A stretch of 64,000 bases of DNA, counting the filler, from Globobulimina sp. (lineage: Eukaryota): NCBI GenBank assembly GCA_003354225.1. It is 11 parts of 11 records of this genome, joined end to end, with 100 filler letters (N's around TTAATTAATTAA, not from the genome) between each part and the next. Parts side by side here need not be neighbours in the genome. Positions count along the whole stretch, not along the records: positions 11,763 to 17,541 come from PIVH01000444.1; positions 17,642 to 23,417 come from PIVH01000445.1; 9 more parts are not named here. One strand, given 5' to 3'. A program made the position numbers and the translations under genes. Position 1 is the stretch's first letter; each line of letters begins with the position of its first letter. Under the pieces are notes generated by a model that worked only from the letters and a program-made list of their open reading frames with translations, did no database searches and was not told the DNA's origin. Shown here piece by piece: positions 13,239 to 22,131 of this stretch.

Positions 13239-13721
13239 CAGCCATATGTGAATTATTGACAGCCATATGTTATTTATGTATGATTATATTTATAACAAAA
13301 CAAATGTTTTATTTGAAGGAGTGAGCAAGAAACGAATGTGGATGAATTTATTAACAATTCGGGTTCAGTGGATTTGCTACGTGCGGCTAAGAACAAAGCA
13401 TTAGAAACAGAGAGGGAATTAATGCAACAAATTATGAATATTTCAGAGATTAATCATTAGTCCCTTAGAAAAAAATACATTTTTAAACAACATCATTTTG
13501 ATTGAGAATTTGTTCAATTTGTTGTACACAAAAGAGCTGAAACAAAAACAAGAAGCAGCGAGGACGAAATACGAAACAAATATCCAAAAATATGAAGCTC
13601 GATCAAAACCAGAATGTAATATTAGTTCCTTTGTAGAATTAATGTTCGCTGGCACCAATTTGCACATATCTTCGTTTAAAAAACATATCTTCGTTTAAAA
13701 GAGAGCTCAGGAGCACGGGGC

Positions 13722-14774
13722 AAGAATATCGAACGTGCCTTTTATAAATCCTTCTATGTCTATGCAGTGACGTATGGCAATGATGGATTTAAGCAAATGA
13801 CGGACGTGTTGCGATGTAGTTTGGTGTTTGATAATTTTGACGATTTGTATCAATGTTTTGCATTAATTGAGCAGTTAGCGGCAGAAACTATTAATGGCAA
13901 TGTTGGCCATGGAATATTGCGATGTAAGGATAGATTTAATCCAATGACGGTACCGTTTGGTTATAGAGATATGTTGATTAATATTTATTGTCCAGGCTCC
14001 AAAGTAGTGACAGAGATACAGCTACATCACGAATTATTTTATGCGCGCAAGAAAATATCGCATATCATGTATAAAAAAGCGAGGCTGTTTGAAGAAGGCG
14101 ATGAAAATATGGCATATAAATATGCCGACCAACATATCAGGAAAGTGATTGGTGACAAGATATATGAGGAAGATGCTGGAATATATGACGAGGACGAAAG
14201 TGATGAAGAGGTGGATGAAAAAAATATTTTTCAACAACATGAATGCGAAATGAATGCAGAACAATTATTTGAAAAATGGAAGTTGACAAAATATACAAAC
14301 TCGTTTATCTGTGAGGAAGGTTACGATGATCCTAATTTGTGGAAAGATATTAGTTTGGATGAGTTGAGAAATGATTATGGTTTCAAAGGAGGCCATGCTA
14401 AGAAGTTTATAGCGTACGTCGAGGGATTGGAGACACAAAGAGATGAATTTGAGGAGATTAAGAAGCAACGAGCAAAGATTAAAAAGATTAAACAAAAGGA
14501 TTTATTGGATGACAACGATGGAGATGTAAGGGATGGGAATGATGGAAATGGTGAATTGAAACAGTTGGAAGAAAGTAATGAATTTAAAGTATGGTTTTGT
14601 ACAAATATCAATTTGAAAGAGTTGAGTGATAAATATTATTCTGTTTTGGTGGAGAATGGTTTTGATAGTTTCAATACAATCAAAGATATCACACACGATG
14701 ATCTCAAGGAAATAGGTATTGCTAAACTTGGACATAGAAAGATTATCATTAGAGAAGCACAACAAATACAATGA
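13722..14774 (+). CDS. RelA/SpoT-synthetase-like nucleotidyltransferase domain followed by two SAM domains; probable 3' part of the C2 gene
   Basis: KNIERAFYK, MTDVLRCSLVF, KDRF...GYRDMLINI, TEIQLHH and SHIMYKKAR occur in the order of RelA/SpoT SYNTH motifs. SAM-like segments: LFEKWKLTKYTNSFICEEGYDD...ELRNDYGFKGGHAKKF and KYYSVLVENGFDSF...ITHDDLKEIGIAKLGHRKII. Confidence 0.75.
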   Translation, partial: KNIERAFYKSFYVYAVTYGNDGFKQMTDVLRCSLVFDNFDDLYQCFALIEQLAAETINGNVGHGILRCKDRFNPMTVPFGYRDMLINIYCPGSKVVTEIQLHHELFYARKKISHIMYKKARLFEEGDENMAYKYADQHIRKVIGDKIYEEDAGIYDEDESDEEVDEKNIFQQHECEMNAEQLFEKWKLTKYTNSFICEEGYDDPNLWKDISLDELRNDYGFKGGHAKKFIAYVEGLETQRDEFEEIKKQRAKIKKIKQKDLLDDNDGDVRDGNDGNGELKQLEESNEFKVWFCTNINLKELSDKYYSVLVENGFDSFNTIKDITHDDLKEIGIAKLGHRKIIIREAQQIQ

Positions 14775-14968
14775 TTGTTTTTATATTTACGTCATGCACT
14801 GTATATCGATCGCATGCCTTATAAATATAATCATAGTTCTTGTTTCTATTAATTCGAAAGGCAGCTTTTCTTTTGTTTTTATGTAACTTTTTAAAATTCA
14901 AAATCATTGGGTCATCACAATCTACTCATATTAAAGTCATTACTCTTTCCTCTTTACTTATAAGTTAC

Positions 14969-15078
14969 TTAGTTTGGAGGGATTAGTTTTTAGATTTATC
15001 CTCGCACACAATACAGGGAGATGGTGATAACAATACATAGGATCTAAAATGTGCTAAAAAGTAATCCCTCTAAATTAA
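14969..15078. repeat. Imperfect 25-bp inverted repeat, 110-bp foldback (MITE-like or hairpin)
   Basis: 14969-14993 TTAGTTTGGAGGGATTAGTTTTTAG matches the reverse complement of 15054-15078 at 22/25 positions. Confidence 0.7.
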
Positions 15079-15316
15079 ACCACGGGAAAGTATTAAATTC
15101 TCCAAAAAAATTAAATTAAATTACAACAAACAGAATCATAGTAACATTCAAATCCAATGGTATATGTACATTGTACATTAAAAACAAAACTATAGCAAAT
15201 ATATGTACATGTACAGAAACATTCAAATAAGTATACTGTACAATGCCAGCAAATAATGGATAATGGATATGAGATATCGATTTTTGCATTCTATACATAA
15301 TTAAAAGTTCCAATAT

Positions 15317-15532
15317 TCACATTAAGACACAGCATGAATCTTCAACAACGTATATTTTTCCTGTTCCATTGCATTTTGAACAGTCTCCACAACAACCTCT
15401 ACCATCACCGCCGCATGAGTCACATACGTACACTGTCCCTGCCGCCTCCGCCTTTGCTTTGTTGTCGCGATCATGTTTGGCTTTTGCGTTTGCCGTGACC
15501 CTTGCTCCTACAACAACTGCAAGATGGGCCAT
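15317..15532 (-). CDS. 71-aa protein with two CxxCxGxG (DnaJ-type zinc finger) motifs and a C-terminal CaaX box
   Basis: ATG start, GC-richer than flanks; CDSCGGDG and CSKCNGTG; ends SCCVLM*. Confidence 0.7.
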   Translation of the reverse strand: MAHLAVVVGARVTANAKAKHDRDNKAKAEAAGTVYVCDSCGGDGRGCCGDCSKCNGTGKIYVVEDSCCVLM

Positions 15533-15620
15533 GTTTTTTTTTTCAGTTTTGCGAGTTTACAGTGATGAAATTTTAGTTGGAAATGATACTGTCAAATTCC
15601 GTTGACGTTAACCCTTTTTG

Positions 15621-17033
15621 TTACGGAAAAATCTGCCCAAGGTCTTGATCGATAACCCAAGGCAACCATTTCCCCAAAAGTAATTGAGGTTTGTCATGCA
15701 AGAGTTGTATCAGTGACATATAGCAAGGTCGATAGTAATTTCTTATCACATTTTGTGTATTTTTCATTGATATACCAATTGATCGGGAATTATTTTTACC
15801 TCCATGATACATTGTCCATTTTGCATTTTTTTTATAATCTTTAACACATTCGCTTGTTATCCAACATCTCATTATATTCATTGATTCAGCAACGTTATTC
15901 CATAAAAAATCAAATTGAATCATCCTAAATTGATCCAGTTTAAATTCATTCTCATTCTCATGGTATTCTTCAATTGCAAATAACCAAATCAATATATTTG
16001 GAAATTGGAATGGTACCCAAACAAAAGCATCAGATCGAAGATGGTACTCAACATTTTTAGGTGTCACATATTTCAAATAAAAATAAGTTGCAATTAATAA
16101 TTTATAATTACTTTCCATCAAATCATATCTTTCCAATCTGTCAATATTATTATTATCATATAAATTAAACCATTTCCTATTTATATCCAAACAAATATCG
16201 TTCAATGCATTGATTGAATTGGAATAAGATCTGTATACATCCAATAATAAACCATCATTGCTACATATATCTTTATTAAAATGCCAACAATAACTCCAAC
16301 ATTGACTATAGGGCTCGCGTATAATTAGCAAAAGCTTTGTATGCTGAGACAATTGGTTTGCCATTGTAATGGCAGCAAATGGATGTCTTGAATAATTTGG
16401 TGATTTCTCAATCAGATAACAAGTGTTTCTGTTTCCTTTCGCCGGATAGGAACAATTTATTTCATTTATTTTCCGATTGACATTGTGTTCAAACCATTCA
16501 ATGTCCCAAAACATTTCAAATCCTTTTTTAGTGCATTCAATTTGAGCTTCATTGACGATTATAAATGGTATAAAATCATATAAATGTGATTTATGTGATT
16601 TATAATCATGAATCCATGCAATATAATTTGATTCATTCCATATTGTTTTCTTTGGCAGACACAAGTATTTATTGACTCCGTTAAAGAAATATCGTTCATA
16701 CCCATTGGATAAGAAATCAGTCCATGTATTTTCTAGTGTGTCTATAAATGTTCTACTTCCAACTTTTGGTGGACCAATCAACACAAAAGATGGGATAACA
16801 TGGTTATATTTGTTAGGTTTTATGTTATAATATTTATTGAATATTGTTTTATTGAAAATATCAATGTATGGTATGATTATATTTATAGAGGATTTATATT
16901 CGTTGAATGTTACAACATTAACATATTCAGGATCAAACAGTCTATCTCCATAATAAGTGAGCATCAGCATCCAAACAGCAACCAATACCACGATGATTAT
17001 TGATTTGCAAAAGGAGTTTAAAGTAGTTGCCAT
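15621..17033 (-). CDS. Type II membrane sulfotransferase-like protein (heparan-sulfate sulfotransferase-like)
   Basis: N-terminal TM anchor; 5'-PSB-like FVLIGPPKVGSRTF; EKSPNY; 3'-PB-like KLLLIIREP...WSY. Confidence 0.75.
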   Translation of the reverse strand: MATTLNSFCKSIIIVVLVAVWMLMLTYYGDRLFDPEYVNVVTFNEYKSSINIIIPYIDIFNKTIFNKYYNIKPNKYNHVIPSFVLIGPPKVGSRTFIDTLENTWTDFLSNGYERYFFNGVNKYLCLPKKTIWNESNYIAWIHDYKSHKSHLYDFIPFIIVNEAQIECTKKGFEMFWDIEWFEHNVNRKINEINCSYPAKGNRNTCYLIEKSPNYSRHPFAAITMANQLSQHTKLLLIIREPYSQCWSYCWHFNKDICSNDGLLLDVYRSYSNSINALNDICLDINRKWFNLYDNNNIDRLERYDLMESNYKLLIATYFYLKYVTPKNVEYHLRSDAFVWVPFQFPNILIWLFAIEEYHENENEFKLDQFRMIQFDFLWNNVAESMNIMRCWITSECVKDYKKNAKWTMYHGGKNNSRSIGISMKNTQNVIRNYYRPCYMSLIQLLHDKPQLLLGKWLPWVIDQDLGQIFP

Positions 17034-17893
17034 CCGACTGGAGCTGAACGATGAGTTTTTTAGTACATTTTTTTTGCAAACCCAATGCAAACTGTATTGA
17101 GAAGAACACGTCCACTGCGATTAGAGACAAACAAGCGATACATTTTGCAAACAATTTGCATTAGTTTGTTATGCGCATTCGCACAAATTTATGATATTAA
17201 TATATTACTAGTATAAATGTAAAAAAAAACGAACAAAAATATATTTTTTGTTATTTTAATATTGAGAATATGATATTCTTCCCTTATTTTTTAGGTTTTA
17301 AGTTTATGTTTTTATGTTTTTTTTTTGGTTTACAATTAAAACCTCTAAACATAGAAACTCAACAAAAAAAAACAGAAACCCAAAACCTAGAAAACAAAAA
17401 AGAACGCAGAACAAGAAAAAAACTTAGCGATTACACATTCAATTGAATTCATGCAAATTCATGGCAAATTCATGGCAGATTTATGTCAAGCTCCTCTCTT
17501 TTGAAGTGAAAAAGCAAAACTTTGATGGCATTTTAGAAAACNNNNNNNNNNNNNNNNNNNNNNNNNNNNNNNNNNNNNNNNNNNNTTAATTAATTAANNN
17601 NNNNNNNNNNNNNNNNNNNNNNNNNNNNNNNNNNNNNNNNNTTCGAGCATACGGGAGAGATAAATTAATTTTATATTAATATTAAAACAATGGTAATTGG
17701 TCAAGAACCAATCAACAATTATTATATTATGGTAGCAAAGACCATAATACTTAATTAAAACCCCCGTAGCCCGTAGGTCTGTATTTTTTGTTTTGAAAAA
17801 CTGTGGCCGTTAAAGGAATTTTGAAACGAGCTTGCGGGTAAAAAATGCGCTGTATATTAAATTAATTTATTCAGAGTTATGTATTGTTTGTGT

Positions 17894-19099
17894 TTACCAG
17901 TTTTTATAATTTATTTTGTTGGCCCATGGATCAAAGACTTGGCCTTCGATATTATTGCATGCATTTCTCTGTGCGATGGTTGGGAAATGGATTAGTTCAC
18001 AGATGAAAGATATGAAATGTTCATCTTTGTATCTCATGTATCTATAGGATACATGTGGGAGATTAGAAGGTTTCCAGCCTACATATTTTAGTATTTTTGG
18101 GTGTGGAATCATGTTATTGTTGGCCAAGGAGGCTCCTCCAATTCGAAATGAGTAAGATGTGTATCTCGAGGATTCCTTCAGATTGTTGAGTTTATTGATT
18201 TCTTTTGGAATGGCTGCAAACATTTTGGTTGTCAATTCGACACCGTTTGTATACCGAAATGCATTTGATTCTGGATTTAAATTGAAATGATGGTGTTTGT
18301 CAGCGTATTGCTTTTGTCTTATTAGATATATTTTTAATAATAGATATGGATTGAAATATAGACATTGGCATATTTTAGAAGTGCCTGGAATGTGTCTTTT
18401 GCCACATCGGGAGTCTCCGACGATTACTGTTTTTATTACCTTTCTGTGTTTTTGATTCTTGAATGATAAAATGTGTAAAATAAAGTATGATTTTCTTTTT
18501 TCTTTTTTGTTTTTAATATGAAATATGTGTTTTAGTTTAAGGCCGAATTTGGTTTTGCCTGTCGAGGATATTATTAATTCGCATGGCCTTACCATTGTGG
18601 CAAAATATAATTGTGCCAATAGTACTTTTACAAAATTATTTAAGTTTATTGTGAGTAGATGTTTGCCATAGGCTTTGTAGTGTATTGTGTAGTTTAATAT
18701 GTGATTTAATTCATATGGTAATCTGCTATCAGTTGCTTCACCATATTCTTTTTTCAGGCCTTTTTTGAAATTATTGAAATCTCTGTTGTCAATCCATTTT
18801 AGGTCTGCATCTTTTAAATCACATAACCAGATTAATGTTGATTGCCACATATTGATTGACGCAACGCTTCCTAATTGGAGGGAGCGCTCAGAAAACCAAT
18901 AGGTTACTAAGAGGGGATCGAGTGGCATTAATAGCGGATCCTCTTCGATGAGTACGCAATATTTGGCCCAGTTTCTCATGTTTGAGACATAGTGTGTCTT
19001 TGTTAATGTAACTTTATCAATAGATCTGATTTTTACAATATGGTTTGTGTTTTTTGGATCTTTTGGTGCGATCCTGTTGTTTGATAATCTGTCACTCAT
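17894..19099 (-). CDS. Tyrosine recombinase of the retrotransposon
   Basis: ATMVRPCEL (catalytic R), SFKNQK, YTSYSFRIGGAS (HxxR box with Y in place of H), VGWKPS...SYRYMR (W and nucleophile Y). ORF intact. Confidence 0.9.
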   Translation of the reverse strand: MSDRLSNNRIAPKDPKNTNHIVKIRSIDKVTLTKTHYVSNMRNWAKYCVLIEEDPLLMPLDPLLVTYWFSERSLQLGSVASINMWQSTLIWLCDLKDADLKWIDNRDFNNFKKGLKKEYGEATDSRLPYELNHILNYTIHYKAYGKHLLTINLNNFVKVLLAQLYFATMVRPCELIISSTGKTKFGLKLKHIFHIKNKKEKRKSYFILHILSFKNQKHRKVIKTVIVGDSRCGKRHIPGTSKICQCLYFNPYLLLKIYLIRQKQYADKHHHFNLNPESNAFRYTNGVELTTKMFAAIPKEINKLNNLKESSRYTSYSFRIGGASLANNNMIPHPKILKYVGWKPSNLPHVSYRYMRYKDEHFISFICELIHFPTIAQRNACNNIEGQVFDPWANKINYKNW

Positions 19100-19947
19100 A
19101 AATTCTGCAATATATATTAAATAAAAATCACATTATTATAGATTTTAATGATTGGTAGAACAAATTAGGGCAAACTGAAAACGGTAACAATAATGCCTTG
19201 GGCGATTAGGATTTGACAATAATATATTGTAAAAACTAAAGGCTTTTTAGGTTTCATTAGAGTTCGAGCGGTTTTTTGGTTTTATTTTAAAATTTAAGTA
19301 GGAAAAAACCCACTAAGTCAGTCACTTCGACGAATAAGGGAAGCTTGACAAAGTCAGTTGAAATTGGGGCACATAGACATTTAATGAATTCACATTGAAT
19401 TCAGAATGGTGATTTAATATGAAAAACGAAACAGAGAAACGATCACAAACAGATTAATTACCAACGTACGTGGTAGATTTTTAATGGAATTTCATTGTTT
19501 TAGTTTGTTTGTGCCAATTGCTTAGCGTTCTGAAATATAATTGATTTTATCCCTTTGGGAGAGTCAAGTGTTCGCATTATTAGGCAGAGAGTATCAATTT
19601 TATCCCTTTGGGAGAATTTGAGCGCCAGAACTAAAACAAAAGAATATAAATAATAGCGAGCGAAAGTCGATCCATTTCGAGTTTGTTTGATCATTGGACA
19701 ATAATTTGATATTAATTTGCACGATTTTTGAGATACAAACAAATTAATTTAGGATTTATATGTAAATAATTTGAGAATTTAATGATTTTGCACATAGAAA
19801 GTGCGCTAAATGGGCGTGAACAAACATTTTAGGGAATGTTTGAGCACAATGAAGTGGGTTAGAATGATCAGAATGGTGGGAATTGAATGTAATGAATTGC
19901 AAATAGTTATGATTGATTACGATTTGGTATCAATTTAATTGTATACG

Positions 19948-21831
19948 TTATACTTTCATGTAGTATTTATATGGTGATTTAGCTCGTACTTCGCACGGTT
20001 TTTTGAGCCAATTTATGAAATTATTGTATTCGATCATGTCGTTATTATAATGCATTGCTTTGTTATTTAGGAACTGATAACGTCCAAAGTATTCAGGACT
20101 TATTTCGGTTAAATTTAGATTGAATATCGTGCATAATTTATTAAATTCAGACATGTTAAATCTCGACAATCTGTCTGCTAAGAAGTTAAATGAGGATGGA
20201 ATCCATTCAAATCTGATGAAAATTTTATATTTTATCATTAATAAACACATTTCGAACACAAATATCATTAAATTATAGGAAGGAGCCCATTTTCGGACCA
20301 TTGTATAATAACAAGTCGAATTATCAATATATAATTGGACAGATTTGCCCGTTAATAAATGTTTATGTGTCTCGATTAAAGTGAGTACGCAATGGGCTTC
20401 TTTCTGATTAATGGATAGTTTCATGTCTTTTTTATTAAATTCATACTTTGCAAATACAGAATCTACGACGTAACCGGCACTATATTCGCAAGCGTCGGTG
20501 GCGGCGTATACGTTAATTGACGGATTGTTTAAAATTGTGTACATTGACACAATTTTAATGTTATCAATATAGCGTAGCCAGAAACGCAAGTCATTGATTA
20601 CCGACATTGGCAGGATTACCCACAGTGATTTTTTGATGCGTCCGTTACGTATGTTTTTGTGTATATATGCCAGGGAGCGGTACGCCAATGCTTTTGTAGC
20701 GCGATTTAATTGGCTCCAATGCATGATTTTGCCTGTTAAGGATTCGAGGGCTCGGGCAGTGGCGATGCGATATTTAACGACTAATGTGATGAAATATTTT
20801 AATTCTTTCAATGCTTTTTGGGGTATGGCTATTGTTTTATTTTCTAAATTCCAATAAATTCCGTGTAACTGCGCTTTTGTAACGCAATTAATCGACTTTT
20901 GCTTTGATACTTTGACTTTTAATTCATCCAATAAGTTATCAAATAATTCTGTTAATAATAAACATTCAGATTTGGATTTAGCGGCAATTACAAAGTCGTC
21001 GACGTGAACCAGTATACAATTTATTAAGTGCTGCTGTTTATTATTCAAGATACAATTATTGAGAATCCAGACTAAAATGGTTGAGAAATATTGGGAGTTC
21101 CCGGGGGCTGAGGCGACGCCATATGGTTGGCTACGATCCCTAAATCGTAGGCCAAATATGGAATATCCGACAAAATCCGCATCAGTTTCAGGTAATTTAA
21201 TTTGTCTGAAAAAGTCAGACAGATCTCTCAGGGAAATATAGTTATGATTTATTAATAATTTTGTGTAGGTTTTAAGGTTTGGCAGGTCTCGCATTCCGCA
21301 TTTTTCTTTGCGAATATACTCATTTATGGAGGCTTTGCCTTTGCTTTTAAAGGAGCCATTTCTTATGACTCTGATTTTAGTGTACATTCCAAATTTGTCC
21401 TTTTTTGGAGTGCCAAAAATCATTAATACATATTTCGGATTGTAATTAATTGGCTCTATTTGGCCATTTTGGCATTCTTCTGATAGTTTGTCAATATAAG
21501 CAATGACATCTTTTTTGGAGCATACTAAGTTGTGAACTTCTGTTGACAGATCAGAAGGTTCCCAGCCTTTGTTATGGAAAGCTTTCCATAAAGGAAAGCC
21601 ATTTTCAATGAAATGTAATTCTAAATTGCCGTTTTGTTTTGTTTTTAGGTATTTTTTGAATGCTTTTATATTGAATTTATTTTGCTTTTTAAAGCCTTCT
21701 GAATGTAGCTTTTGAAGGTTTTTTACTTTTAAGGCAATATCAACGTCGATTTCTGATATTTTAAAGTCAAAAAACGGTGAGTTTGATAGTGTTTTTATTG
21801 AACGAAATAAAACAACAAAATTGTGTAAAAT
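19948..21831 (-). CDS. Reverse transcriptase plus RNase H (DIRS/Ngaro type); the frame stays open 136 codons upstream of the first ATG (21423)
   Basis: RT motifs RDLSDFFRQI, QPYGVASAP and LVHVDDF; RNase H motifs ATDAC, INQKEA, YIDNS and NFLADRLSR. Manual translation shows no stop until the TAA at 21834-21832. Confidence 0.92.
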   Translation of the reverse strand: MLHNFVVLFRSIKTLSNSPFFDFKISEIDVDIALKVKNLQKLHSEGFKKQNKFNIKAFKKYLKTKQNGNLELHFIENGFPLWKAFHNKGWEPSDLSTEVHNLVCSKKDVIAYIDKLSEECQNGQIEPINYNPKYVLMIFGTPKKDKFGMYTKIRVIRNGSFKSKGKASINEYIRKEKCGMRDLPNLKTYTKLLINHNYISLRDLSDFFRQIKLPETDADFVGYSIFGLRFRDRSQPYGVASAPGNSQYFSTILVWILNNCILNNKQQHLINCILVHVDDFVIAAKSKSECLLLTELFDNLLDELKVKVSKQKSINCVTKAQLHGIYWNLENKTIAIPQKALKELKYFITLVVKYRIATARALESLTGKIMHWSQLNRATKALAYRSLAYIHKNIRNGRIKKSLWVILPMSVINDLRFWLRYIDNIKIVSMYTILNNPSINVYAATDACEYSAGYVVDSVFAKYEFNKKDMKLSINQKEAHCVLTLIETHKHLLTGKSVQLYIDNSTCYYTMVRKWAPSYNLMIFVFEMCLLMIKYKIFIRFEWIPSSFNFLADRLSRFNMSEFNKLCTIFNLNLTEISPEYFGRYQFLNNKAMHYNNDMIEYNNFINWLKKPCEVRAKSPYKYYMKV

Positions 21832-22131
21832 TTATATGATACATATTTAATACACAATATTTAGATAAATACGAGTTTTTAAGAAATTTTGGAGGAGAGA
21901 AGTTGTGCAATTTTTAGTTGGAGAACAAGGCAATGCTTAGCCTTTTTATTTGGGCTTGATTTATTAGATTGGAATTAATTGGAATTGAATAACAGATCAA
22001 TTTTATACATTATTGTAAATATTAATGCAATGTGAAATAAACAGAGATTATCGACAGTAATATTGAGTATAATGAGTATAAATGATATGGAATTTAATGG
22101 GAATTAATGAATATTCATAGAGATAATACAG

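Noticed and set aside
17446-17485. AATTCATG(G)CA tandem repeat, about three copies
   Set aside because: Ordinary short minisatellite near a contig end, with no spacers, so not CRISPR-like.
17894-21831. Prokaryotic RT system (retron, DGR or group II intron) with a phage integrase
   Set aside because: The RT is fused to a DIRS-type RNase H and preceded by a gag-like zinc-finger ORF; no template/variable repeat or msr-msd was seen; the surrounding contigs are eukaryotic.
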